This document shows positions 29,959-38,577 of a stretch of DNA of 64,000 nucleotides, in pieces. Within the stretch, counting starts at the first letter, position 1, and every line of letters starts with the position of its first letter. A model generated the notes under the pieces. It ran no database searches and was not told the origin of the DNA. It saw only the letters and a program-made list of their open reading frames with translations. The DNA comes from Oligoflexales bacterium (GTDB lineage: Bacteria; Bdellovibrionota_B; Oligoflexia; Oligoflexales; RGVZ01): NCBI GenBank assembly GCA_947479535.1, contig CANJZQ010000004.1:14179-78178 (forward strand), in the 5' to 3' direction. The position numbers were made by a program, and so were the translations under genes.

Positions 29959-30575
29959 TGCTTGAGCACATTCGTGCCACCATGGAAGAGGCGGCGCGGG
30001 CACTCGATGCCTTGCGTCGAAACGATGTGGCCTTGTCGGCAGTCGCAAAGGCGGCTGAGTTGATGGTGTCGTCGTTGCGTCAGGGTGGATGCCTTTATAG
30101 CTGTGGTAACGGCGGCTCCATGTGCGATGCCATGCATTTTGCCGAGGAACTTACCGGTCGCTACCGGAAGGATCGTCCGGCGGTGCGGGCCATCAGCATC
30201 AGCGATGCCAGCCACATTTCTTGTGTTGGCAATGACTACGGCTACGAGTTTATTTTTTCACGTTACATTGAGGCCCACGGTCGCCCGGGTGACGTTCTTC
30301 TTGCCATCAGCACAAGCGGCTCAAGCAAAAACGTCAAACGCGCTGTGGACGCGGCGCGGGAACGCGGCATGAAGGTTATTTCTTTGACGGGCCATCCTGG
30401 CAGCGTTATCGGCTCACTGGCCGATGTTGATGTCTGCACGCCAGGTGGTCAGTATGCTGACAGGGTGCAGGAGCTTCATATCAAGGTGATCCACACTTTT
30501 ATGGAACTCATCGAGCGGAACTTGTTTCCAGAGCTGTATAAACTGCCCCCTTTAAGTGGACGCACCTCTGACTGA
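29955..30575 (+). CDS. gmhA: Phosphoheptose isomerase (SIS domain), 3' end supplied by the inserted IS
   Basis: SIS motifs CGNGGS and ISTSGSSKNV. Codons from 30540 onward (KLPPLSGRTSD-stop) lie inside the IS left end. Confidence 0.8.
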   Translation: MMLEHIRATMEEAARALDALRRNDVALSAVAKAAELMVSSLRQGGCLYSCGNGGSMCDAMHFAEELTGRYRKDRPAVRAISISDASHISCVGNDYGYEFIFSRYIEAHGRPGDVLLAISTSGSSKNVKRAVDAARERGMKVISLTGHPGSVIGSLADVDVCTPGGQYADRVQELHIKVIHTFMELIERNLFPELYKLPPLSGRTSD

Positions 30576-31677
30576 AGCCAACGATCTTACTGTGAATTTA
30601 CGCTCCTTCTCGCATTTGGTTCGCCGAAGGCACTCATGACAACAGATGCCTCTCGATGACACGCCCTCGAAAAAGCTATTTCTGGGGTCATGAAGCGTCG
30701 TCTGCAATGTCCAAATTGTTGCACCACAGCAGCCAAATCGATGGCCGCCCGGCATGTCGTTTCAAGAGGAAGCTACCGAAGAAAATTTGACGGCAGAAAA
30801 ATCCGCAGGTTTTGTTGCCGGATTTGCAAAAAATCATTTTCAGCGATGACGGGTTCGCCGACATGGCGTCAGCATAAACCGGCCGTCAATGATCCGCTGG
30901 CTATCGGACTTTGCGCCGGAGTATCTCAGCGGCGCCTCGCGCGGCAGCTGAATATCAATCAGAAGACGGTTGCGCGAAAACTAATTTTTCTAGGACAACA
31001 AGCCCGTCGCGTTCACGAGGTGCATCTGGCGCGGCGAGGGCCGGTCCTCGAGGCCCAATTTGATGACATGGAGTCGTCGGTCCATTCCAAAATGAAGCCC
31101 GTCTCAATTCCAATTGCAGTCGAGAAAAACACGCGTGAAATTATTGCGTTAGGTGTTGCAGAGATGCCGGCAAAAGGGCTTCTGGCGGCGAGGAGCAGAA
31201 AAAAATATGGCCCCCGAAAAGACGCACGTCCACAAGAACGCGCCGCTGTTTTAGCGACCCTTGGGAGGCTGGCCGGCGCGGACATCATCATCACCTCCGA
31301 TAAATGCCCGCAGTATCCTGCCCTCGTTTCAAAAATAATTCCGTCCGCGCGTCACATTGTGGTGCAGGGCCGCCGGGGTTGTGTGGTCGGACAGGGCGAG
31401 CTCAAACGCGGCGGAAACGATCCACTGTTTTCTCTCAACCACACGGCGGCGATGTTGCGCGCGAACATCAATCGCCTGGTGCGCCGCACTTGGTGCACGA
31501 GCAAACGCCAGGACAGGCTCAAGGATCATCTGGATTTGTACGTTTGGTATCACAACCATTACTTGATCAGAAATCCGGCCAAAAAAAATCCGGTTGGACC
31601 GATGCCATCGATCATGATTGGCAGCCGTGGTGCCGGCGCGGCCAGATTGGCAAAATGCACACTAAAAGGGAGCAGTT
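30541..31677 (+). mobile_element. Insertion sequence, IS1/IS1595-superfamily-like, single transposase ORF
   Basis: Imperfect terminal inverted repeats aactgccccctttaagtggac / rc aactgctcccttttagtgtgc match at 17 of 21 positions. A second, deleted copy lies at 20011-20246. I found no clear target-site duplication. Confidence 0.75.
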
Positions 31678-31679
31678 AA
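30690..31679 (+). CDS. DDE-type transposase with N-terminal zinc ribbon and HTH
   Basis: Zinc ribbon CPNCC...CCRIC and HTH-like SQRRLARQLNINQKTVARK. IS1-like blocks are FDDMES, ITSDKCPQY and LNHTAAMLRANINRLVRRTWCTSK, which looks like a DD(N/E) arrangement. Family assignment is from memory only. Confidence 0.7.
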   Translation: MKRRLQCPNCCTTAAKSMAARHVVSRGSYRRKFDGRKIRRFCCRICKKSFSAMTGSPTWRQHKPAVNDPLAIGLCAGVSQRRLARQLNINQKTVARKLIFLGQQARRVHEVHLARRGPVLEAQFDDMESSVHSKMKPVSIPIAVEKNTREIIALGVAEMPAKGLLAARSRKKYGPRKDARPQERAAVLATLGRLAGADIIITSDKCPQYPALVSKIIPSARHIVVQGRRGCVVGQGELKRGGNDPLFSLNHTAAMLRANINRLVRRTWCTSKRQDRLKDHLDLYVWYHNHYLIRNPAKKNPVGPMPSIMIGSRGAGAARLAKCTLKGSS

Positions 31680-34121
31680 TCAGAGGTTCAATGAAAGCGG
31701 CTCGCGCAGTAGTTCCTTGCGCAGCGCAATCGCAAATGGCGAAACGCCGGTGATGCCTGCTTGACCAAGGGACTGCATGTAAGTTGCAGACCGGAAGAGC
31801 ACGTTCATGATGTCGCCGGCACCGAATCCTTCGGTTGCGATTTCCTTCACCAGTTCGTCCCACCGGACGCCAGATATCCAGCGATGAACAATATAAGCTC
31901 CAGCCGGGTTGAGATCCCGTATTGGCGCGGACTCCCAGTTGGGTTCTTCGCGACGTTTTGGAGCCCCGCCCTTTGATTTGCTATTGCTTGAGCCACGTCC
32001 TCGCCGTCCTGGGGACAGGTCGTACAGGTCTTCAAAAAGCTCCAGCGGGTAAAGCTCTCGCAATTCAGAATCAATGTCAGGGATTTTGAACGGAAAACGG
32101 TAGCTGTCGCTGACCCGTGGTTCTTTGAACCGGGCCAGTGAGAAAGCTCCCATGAGCTCGGCAAAGCGACCGAGGTTTTCGCTCTGCAATACGCCGTCCG
32201 CAATCCGCCGCGCAATGTACATGCCGCCGGCTTGAGGGAAATACCTGGCGACTGAGCCAAATCCTGTAAGCTTTTCCGTTTCATCCAAGGCACCGACGGC
32301 ATGGAGGTGAACGTGCATGTGGGCCAGGCGGCTTGATGCCGTGCGGTCTTCGATGTAGGTGTGGCATTTGCGGCGATGCTTGCAACCATGGCATAGCGCG
32401 GAAAGGTCATTATCCTTTGATTTTTTTTCCTTTGGGTCCGCGCCCTCTTCGCGCCAAAATTTTACGATTTCAGAGACGGGAGACCTGCATGGCAGTTTGT
32501 GATCGCTCAAGTGATCCTGCACATCACCAGATTGTACAATGGACAAGTCGGCCTTCCGGTCTTTGAAGGCAAGAAAACTTTTTTCGTAAAAGGCCTCGAT
32601 CGCGCGCAGGCTGAAACCGCGGCCAATCAGACCGAGGAAGGTGGTCGGATCCTTGCGAAGCCTCGACTCGCAGGTTTCCCGCGACGTAGCGCCCATCCTG
32701 CCAAAATAGTCTGGTGCCGGCCACAGGCTGTAACCGATGGCATCGCGGCCACGCCGACCGGCACGGCCCAACATTTGTAAAACTTCAGACGGTGAATAAG
32801 GTGTAAATCCCTGATCCCCGGGCCGGTCATAATCAGAAATCATGGTTGAACGGACCGAAAAGTTGATGCCCAGGCTGAGCCCCATCGTTGCCGTGCAGAA
32901 GCGCAAAAGCCCGTTTTTCAGTAATTGTTCGATCGCCATTCGCACTGGTGCCGCAAGGCCCGAATGATGCCACGCAACGCCATAGGTTTGAATCGCGCGG
33001 CGCAGGTCGGGGCCCATAAAAGACAGGGCACGGACTTCCGTGTGGATTTGCTGCAAGGCGACGCCGATTTTTTGGCTCTCTTCAAGGGGGAGCGGCGACA
33101 TCTGACGTGCGACGGAGATGGCCAGGCGTTCGCAAGCAATGCGGCGGCCTGCATACATGATGCAAGGGGTCAGCTCTTTTTCCAGAATTGATTTTGCCAG
33201 CAGGGCAACTTCTTCAGGCTGGGGTGCGCGGTCTGGCCTCCCGCCAGTGTCTGGTTTTTCAAACAGTTTGCCAGGAAGTTGATCCGCAAGAATCCACTCA
33301 TCTTGATAGTGAACCAGACCTGCAAGCGGCACCGGGCGATGGGTTGTCCGAACCAGTTCGCAGGGACGGCCACGGATATTGGTGAGCCACGTGCAAATTT
33401 CTTCAGCGTTCGCAACCGAAGCGGAAAGCATCAGGAGTTGGCACGAGGCTGGGGTCAGGATGAGGGCTTCTTCCCAGGCGCTGCCACGACCTGGATCTTG
33501 CAGGTAATGGTACTCGTCAAAGACGACCAGGGTGCGTCCCAAGTCAGGCTCTGTCCCAAGAAGGGAATTACGATAGGATTCGAGGGTGGCCACAACGATT
33601 GGTGCGTTGAGGTTTTCCTTGATGTCGCCTGTGGCAATGCCGACGTTTTCTGCGCCGAAAAGGGCACGGAGTTCGCGAACTTTATCGTTGGAAAGGCTTT
33701 TAACCGGGGTTGTGTAAGCAGCGCGAAACCCAGGTTTATGAATGTGAGCGGCGAAGAACGATTCGACGACACGGGTTTTTCCAGCTGAAGTTGGCGCATC
33801 AACGACGACACTGCCCCCTTCGTGCAGGATGTTGCAGGCTTGTTCCTGCCAGGGGTCAAGTCCCGGACGTGGAGTCTTTGGAAGCAGCGCTTCGGCGCGC
33901 CATTGCTGCATTTTATTTTTGGTGGCCTCAACCGCATCTTTAACGTCGAAATTCATTTTTGATGCGGCAGGTGCCTGGCGGACCGGATTACCATACCTGA
34001 CGGGCCGCGAGGGTGTTTCCTCGCGGCCTCGGCCAGATTTAGCGGGCTTGGTGTGATGCTTGGACGGTTTAGACGGTTTGGACGTCTTGTTTCCGTTTTT
34101 GGAATGTTTTTTTCGTGCCAT
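31680..34121 (-). CDS. Ski2/HelY-like DExH-box superfamily-2 helicase
   Basis: Motif I APTSAGKT, motif II FDEYHYL, motif III LSAS, and a helicase-C region with MLGRAGRRG. Has a basic N-terminal tail and a CHGCKHRRKCH cluster in the C-terminal half. Confidence 0.8.
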   Translation of the reverse strand: MARKKHSKNGNKTSKPSKPSKHHTKPAKSGRGREETPSRPVRYGNPVRQAPAASKMNFDVKDAVEATKNKMQQWRAEALLPKTPRPGLDPWQEQACNILHEGGSVVVDAPTSAGKTRVVESFFAAHIHKPGFRAAYTTPVKSLSNDKVRELRALFGAENVGIATGDIKENLNAPIVVATLESYRNSLLGTEPDLGRTLVVFDEYHYLQDPGRGSAWEEALILTPASCQLLMLSASVANAEEICTWLTNIRGRPCELVRTTHRPVPLAGLVHYQDEWILADQLPGKLFEKPDTGGRPDRAPQPEEVALLAKSILEKELTPCIMYAGRRIACERLAISVARQMSPLPLEESQKIGVALQQIHTEVRALSFMGPDLRRAIQTYGVAWHHSGLAAPVRMAIEQLLKNGLLRFCTATMGLSLGINFSVRSTMISDYDRPGDQGFTPYSPSEVLQMLGRAGRRGRDAIGYSLWPAPDYFGRMGATSRETCESRLRKDPTTFLGLIGRGFSLRAIEAFYEKSFLAFKDRKADLSIVQSGDVQDHLSDHKLPCRSPVSEIVKFWREEGADPKEKKSKDNDLSALCHGCKHRRKCHTYIEDRTASSRLAHMHVHLHAVGALDETEKLTGFGSVARYFPQAGGMYIARRIADGVLQSENLGRFAELMGAFSLARFKEPRVSDSYRFPFKIPDIDSELRELYPLELFEDLYDLSPGRRGRGSSNSKSKGGAPKRREEPNWESAPIRDLNPAGAYIVHRWISGVRWDELVKEIATEGFGAGDIMNVLFRSATYMQSLGQAGITGVSPFAIALRKELLREPLSLNL

Positions 34122-34124
34122 TAC

Positions 34125-36374
34125 CTACAGAATGTATAGGAGTTCCCTGTATTTAGGAAGTGACCAAAGCGAATCATCGACCAGAAGTTCAAGTTCGTCA
34201 GACACCTTCCGGACTCTTTCCATCATCGCCATCCCGTCGCCTGCCAGTTTCGCAGCCAATATTTCCTCATCGTGAATCGATGCGGTGGTGCCCAACAGGG
34301 CTTGCAAGTGGCTGGTTTCCTCGACCAGGTTTCCGTACAGGCCCACCAGACCTTCAAGCCGCGAAGCGACTGCCTTTGGCGTCTTGGCTAAAGTCCGGGT
34401 GCAGGCGTCAACGGCTGCGGCTTGATTCGAGATCTGGCTTTCGACGGCTGGCAGAACCTGAGTGCTTACCATCTCCAGCAGCGTCTCGAGTTCGATCAGG
34501 CGAATCTTGTTGTAACGCTCTACAAACACATTGTAGCGGGCAGAGGACTCTTCCTTGCCGAGGATGCCGAGGCGCTCAAGCATGTCCTGTGTGGTTTTTT
34601 GATTCAGGACTTTCAGCGCTTCAGGAGTCGTTCGCAGATTGGGCAGTCCCCGCGATTCAGCTTCCTGATGCCACTCGTTGGAATAGCCGTTCCCCTCAAA
34701 ACGGATTTTTTTGGTCGCTTTCACGGTTTCCTGAATCAGTGCCAAAATATGCTCGGCGGATGGCCGGTCTCCGCCGCGACGGCGAAGTTCTGCATTCATC
34801 ACCTCCAAGGCATCAGCCGCCGCCGCATTGAGGAAAGTCAATGACGGGCTGATGCTTGCCGAGGATCCAACAGCACGGAATTCAAACTTGTTTCCCGTGA
34901 AGGCGAATGGAGATGTCCGGTTCCGGTCCGTGTTATCGCGTGAGATCACTGGCACGCGGGCCAGATCGAGGTTGATTTCACGCTGACGCTCCGTCAGGGC
35001 GCCCCCTCTGCCATCCGTCAGTTTATTGAGTACTTCGTCCAGGGTTTCGCCAAGGAAAACGCTCATGATGGCCGGTGGTGCTTCATTCGCACCTAGCCGG
35101 AAGTCGTTTCCGGCGGAGGCAATTGCCATCCGCATCATCGCGCCGTGGTCATGGATTGCCTTGATTGTGGCGGCCAGAAAATACAAGAAGCGGATGTTGT
35201 CGGACGGGTTGTCACCCGGTTCGAGCATGTTATGGCCATTGCTGTCCGCGATCGCCCAGTTGACGTGTTTTCCTGATCCGTTGATTCCAGCAAATGGCTT
35301 CTCGTGGAACAAGACCGTCAGGTGGTGCCGCTTGCCAACGGATTTCAGCACTTCCATGACGAGCTGATTGTGATCGGCAGCAACGTTCGCAAATTCAAAG
35401 ATCGGCGCAATCTCACACTGGTTTGGTGCGACTTCGTTGTGGCGTGTCTTACACGGAACGCCAAGTTTGTAGAGTTCCTGTTCGCATTCCATCATGAAGC
35501 TCAGGACGCGTGGCTTGATCGAACCAAAGTAATGGTCTTCCAGCTGCTGGCCGCGCGGCGGATTGCGTCCAAGCAGGGTGCGTCCAGCCAAGACGAGATC
35601 GGGACGCAGCGCGCCCAGGGAGTCATCAACGACAAAGTATTCTTGCTCGGGGCCGGCGGTGGCGACGCAATATTTCACATCATCATGCCCAAGCAGGTGC
35701 AGGGCTTCGCAAGCGCGGCGATTAAGTGCAGATAGCGATTTGAGGAGCGGGGTTTTCTGATCCAGAGCCTCACCGCTGTATGAAATGAAAAGGGATGGAA
35801 TGCAGAGGGTCATGCCCTGTTCGGTTTGCATCAGGAACATCGGTGACGATGCGTCCCATACCGTGTATCCACGGGCTTCGAAAGTCGAACGGCGCCCGCC
35901 CGAGGGAAAGCTGGAAGCGTCAGGCTCGGATTGAATCAGTTCCTTGCCTGTGAACCTCTCGACCGCGCCCCCCTTGCTGTCAAAAGAGAAGAAGGAGTCG
36001 TGTTTTTCTGCTGTGGCTCCCGTCTGTGGCTGAAACCAGTGGCAGTAATGGGTGGCACCTTTGGAAACGGCCCATTCCTTCACAGCATTCGCGACCAGGT
36101 CTGCAAGATCCCGGGGCAATGACTCTCCGCTGGTTGCGTATTCTTTCAGTCTGGAAACCTCGACGGCCCTGAGTTTCTTTTCCATCAGGTCAAAGCTGAA
36201 GGTGTTGCAGCCAAAATATTCAGAAATCTTTAATGGGTCGTTGTCGGATCCAAGAGGACGTTGAAATCCCCGGCTGCGGCGTGCTGCGGCAATTGCTGCT
36301 GCGTGCATGCGCTCTGACGAACGGTTCGAACTGCTGGGGGCGGACAAGGCGTTGGTGGTAACAGATGCGGACAT
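34125..36374 (-). CDS. glnN: Glutamine synthetase type III
   Basis: The ~750-aa length fits GS type III, with the NGSGKHVNW motif and an N-terminal EYFGCNTF region typical of GlnN. The start is preceded by GAGGAGGA. Confidence 0.85.
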   Translation of the reverse strand: MSASVTTNALSAPSSSNRSSERMHAAAIAAARRSRGFQRPLGSDNDPLKISEYFGCNTFSFDLMEKKLRAVEVSRLKEYATSGESLPRDLADLVANAVKEWAVSKGATHYCHWFQPQTGATAEKHDSFFSFDSKGGAVERFTGKELIQSEPDASSFPSGGRRSTFEARGYTVWDASSPMFLMQTEQGMTLCIPSLFISYSGEALDQKTPLLKSLSALNRRACEALHLLGHDDVKYCVATAGPEQEYFVVDDSLGALRPDLVLAGRTLLGRNPPRGQQLEDHYFGSIKPRVLSFMMECEQELYKLGVPCKTRHNEVAPNQCEIAPIFEFANVAADHNQLVMEVLKSVGKRHHLTVLFHEKPFAGINGSGKHVNWAIADSNGHNMLEPGDNPSDNIRFLYFLAATIKAIHDHGAMMRMAIASAGNDFRLGANEAPPAIMSVFLGETLDEVLNKLTDGRGGALTERQREINLDLARVPVISRDNTDRNRTSPFAFTGNKFEFRAVGSSASISPSLTFLNAAAADALEVMNAELRRRGGDRPSAEHILALIQETVKATKKIRFEGNGYSNEWHQEAESRGLPNLRTTPEALKVLNQKTTQDMLERLGILGKEESSARYNVFVERYNKIRLIELETLLEMVSTQVLPAVESQISNQAAAVDACTRTLAKTPKAVASRLEGLVGLYGNLVEETSHLQALLGTTASIHDEEILAAKLAGDGMAMMERVRKVSDELELLVDDSLWSLPKYRELLYIL

Positions 36375-36434
36375 GGGCGGGATCCTCCTCGGTGGGGTGA
36401 AAAGGCACACCCGAAGATTAGGTTTCCAGTCGCA

Positions 36435-37109
36435 TCACTGCAAGGGTTTTTCTTGCTCAAATGCTTTCTGCAGAAGGGTTACACACCTTTCAACGGACTC
36501 ATCCACGGCCTTCAGGGTGCCACTGGTGTCGATAACGCGATTTGCCAGACTTGCTTTAGCGGACGCGTCCATTTGACCAGCAAGGATCTTCTCTGCAAGT
36601 CCATGTGGGACACCGCGTTGGCGCTGAAGGCGCTCCAATTGTAGGGCCCGCGGGCATTCTGTGGCCCACACTTCACGAAAGTCTTTCTGTGCTTTGGTTT
36701 CAAAGATTAACGCAGCTTCGTAAAAGAAAATCTGTGGCCGCCGGTCCAGACCTTTTTTTTGCAATTCTTCATGAAGGGCGTTCCGGATCGCGGGGTGCAT
36801 GATCCCTTCGAGTTTGGCACGGGCTGCCGCATCCGAAAAAACGATGGAACGCAGTTTCTCGCGGTCAAGATTTCCCGAGGCATCGACGATGCCGCCGCCA
36901 AAAGCCTGCACAATCCATGACAGCACCGGGCTATCCGGGGCAGCAACGACTTGCCGCGCCAATATGTCGGCATCGATGACGATGAAACCCTTTTGTCGCA
37001 GGATCCCTGCCACGGTGGACTTGCCCGTGGCGATGCCGCCCGTCAGGGCGATTCCCCAATGCCTGAGGAGGTGTTCAAAAGTTGTAGGAGAGTTGTGCTT
37101 CAATTCCAT
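36435..37109 (-). CDS. coaE: Dephospho-CoA kinase
   Basis: P-loop IALTGGIATGKST. The start is set at the ATG nearest the P-loop; the longest ORF (to 37253) runs deep into the upstream gene. Confidence 0.8.
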   Translation of the reverse strand: MELKHNSPTTFEHLLRHWGIALTGGIATGKSTVAGILRQKGFIVIDADILARQVVAAPDSPVLSWIVQAFGGGIVDASGNLDREKLRSIVFSDAAARAKLEGIMHPAIRNALHEELQKKGLDRRPQIFFYEAALIFETKAQKDFREVWATECPRALQLERLQRQRGVPHGLAEKILAGQMDASAKASLANRVIDTSGTLKAVDESVERCVTLLQKAFEQEKPLQ

Positions 37110-38577
37110 CCCCATACAAACCGGTTTCAAAGGCCAGACCACGGCGACGCCCACGGGTTTTTTTGTTCGACTTGCCGGAGGGGGCGTTGATCGCAGCCTC
37201 AATGCTGCTGGCTGCCCATGCTGCGCCAAATCCAAGCAGACAAAGGGTCGCATTATCGTCGCTCGACTTGGCGTAGGCTAATTGATCGGTGGCTTGCTTG
37301 TCATAGTAATCGATGTCGTCTTGGCTGGCCCCAGATGCGTCTCGTGCTGCAATGGCCTTGCTTGCTGCAGAAGTGGCTGTGGTAACGGCCGATGCATTCA
37401 TGACATATAGGATCAACGCACCGCCTTGTGCGGCAGTGAAGGCGCCCCCCAGCAAGTAATTTCCATTTTGATACTGTCCTGCACCAAAGGGGAGAAACTT
37501 GATCAGTGGATTCGATTTGCGGGCGGCACTTTTTTTTGTGCTGGAAACCCGTGGGACCAGTTCCTCCATCGGTGGGGCTCCAGATTGGGACGGGGCTTCT
37601 GCCACAGATGGTAAAGGCGCCTCTGATGCGGACTGTGGCGGTATCAAGTCCATTGGCGGAGCGATGGGAGCTGACATGGGTGGCGGCGCGGCCTGTTGCG
37701 GGTAGTAATAGTAGGGTGATGGATTTTGGTATGCTGGGGCTCCGTAACCTTGGCCGGGATAAACAGGCGAATAACCTGGATTCGGAGCATACCCCGGGGG
37801 TGCCTGGTATCCAGGATACGCAGGGTACGTCGGATATTGCGGATAGCCCGGATTGTAGCCAGGGAATGACGGAGCTTGTTGATACGGCTGCTGCTGATAA
37901 CCAGGTTGAACATAGTTTTGTTGGGGTGTTGGATTTTGTCCGGGACCATAGCCAGGCTGATAGGTCGGTGCCTGCTGACGCGGTTGCGGTGCCTGCTGAC
38001 GCGGTTGCGGTGCCTGCTGGCGCGGTTGCGGTGCCTGCTGGCGCGGTTGTGTCACAACGGGTGGCGGTCCACCGAAGGTGCCAGCGAAATCATCTCCGAA
38101 TAATTCCTGCCGTTTTTTTTGTGGCGCAATTTTTTTACCACTGGCTGCAGGAACTCTTGCCTGCTGTTGGATTTTGGCTGGTGCTTTGGGTTTGGCAACC
38201 GGCGTGATCTTTCGCGGTGTCTTTACCAGGAGCACATTGATGCGGTTGGAAAAGTTGGTTTTGGCGATCGTCTTGATCCTCTGGCTCTGATAGCCCGGTG
38301 CGGACACTTCGATGACCAGCGATCCTGGATCGACCTCAAATGTGTTTCCAGCATTCCCGAGGATAATGCCGTCTTGAGTCACAGTGGCTCCGGTCACATT
38401 GCAAGACACTGTTAATGTCGTCTGTTTTGCCGTTTTTTTAGGCTGCTGGAGGCGGCCGGAAGATTTTCCAGAAGATTTTAATGACACGGGCTGTGTGGTG
38501 GTTTTTCCAGCGGCAAAATTTTCAGACAGGATCGCGCTTGCAATCAGAAAAGCGATGCCCATGCGTTTGAAGTTCAT
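37075..38577 (-). CDS. Signal-peptide PEGA-domain protein with a long Pro/Gln/Tyr-rich low-complexity region and a C-terminal hydrophobic anchor
   Basis: Signal peptide, a PEGA-like segment (VTQDGIILGN...VIEVSAPGYQSQ), four copies of PRQQAPQ, then PGY/PQY-rich sequence and hydrophobic C-terminal segments. ATGA overlap with the upstream kinase gene. Confidence 0.65.
   Translation of the reverse strand: MNFKRMGIAFLIASAILSENFAAGKTTTQPVSLKSSGKSSGRLQQPKKTAKQTTLTVSCNVTGATVTQDGIILGNAGNTFEVDPGSLVIEVSAPGYQSQRIKTIAKTNFSNRINVLLVKTPRKITPVAKPKAPAKIQQQARVPAASGKKIAPQKKRQELFGDDFAGTFGGPPPVVTQPRQQAPQPRQQAPQPRQQAPQPRQQAPTYQPGYGPGQNPTPQQNYVQPGYQQQPYQQAPSFPGYNPGYPQYPTYPAYPGYQAPPGYAPNPGYSPVYPGQGYGAPAYQNPSPYYYYPQQAAPPPMSAPIAPPMDLIPPQSASEAPLPSVAEAPSQSGAPPMEELVPRVSSTKKSAARKSNPLIKFLPFGAGQYQNGNYLLGGAFTAAQGGALILYVMNASAVTTATSAASKAIAARDASGASQDDIDYYDKQATDQLAYAKSSDDNATLCLLGFGAAWAASSIEAAINAPSGKSNKKTRGRRRGLAFETGLYGDGIEAQLSYNF
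37969..38052. repeat. 21-bp in-frame tandem repeat, 4 copies (last copy imperfect)
   Basis: The unit tgcctgctgRcgcggttgcgg is repeated head to tail and encodes PRQQAPQ on the minus strand. Confidence 0.9.

Noticed and set aside
30533-31685. Target-site duplication flanking the IS, and likewise flanking the MITE-like copy at 20011-20246
   Set aside because: The flanks (gctgtata / aatcagag and caattccg / gacagatt) show no direct repeat. Either the ends are slightly mis-defined or the element makes no duplication or only a very short one. This cannot be decided from two copies.
37110-37253. 48-codon N-terminal extension of coaE, and similar extensions of other ORFs (16250-16414, 28459-28557, 45508-45630, 53671-53808, 23893-23952)
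   Set aside because: The extensions overlap upstream genes or lack family similarity. Internal starts sit just before the conserved N-terminal motifs, several of them with a Shine-Dalgarno-like GGAG upstream.
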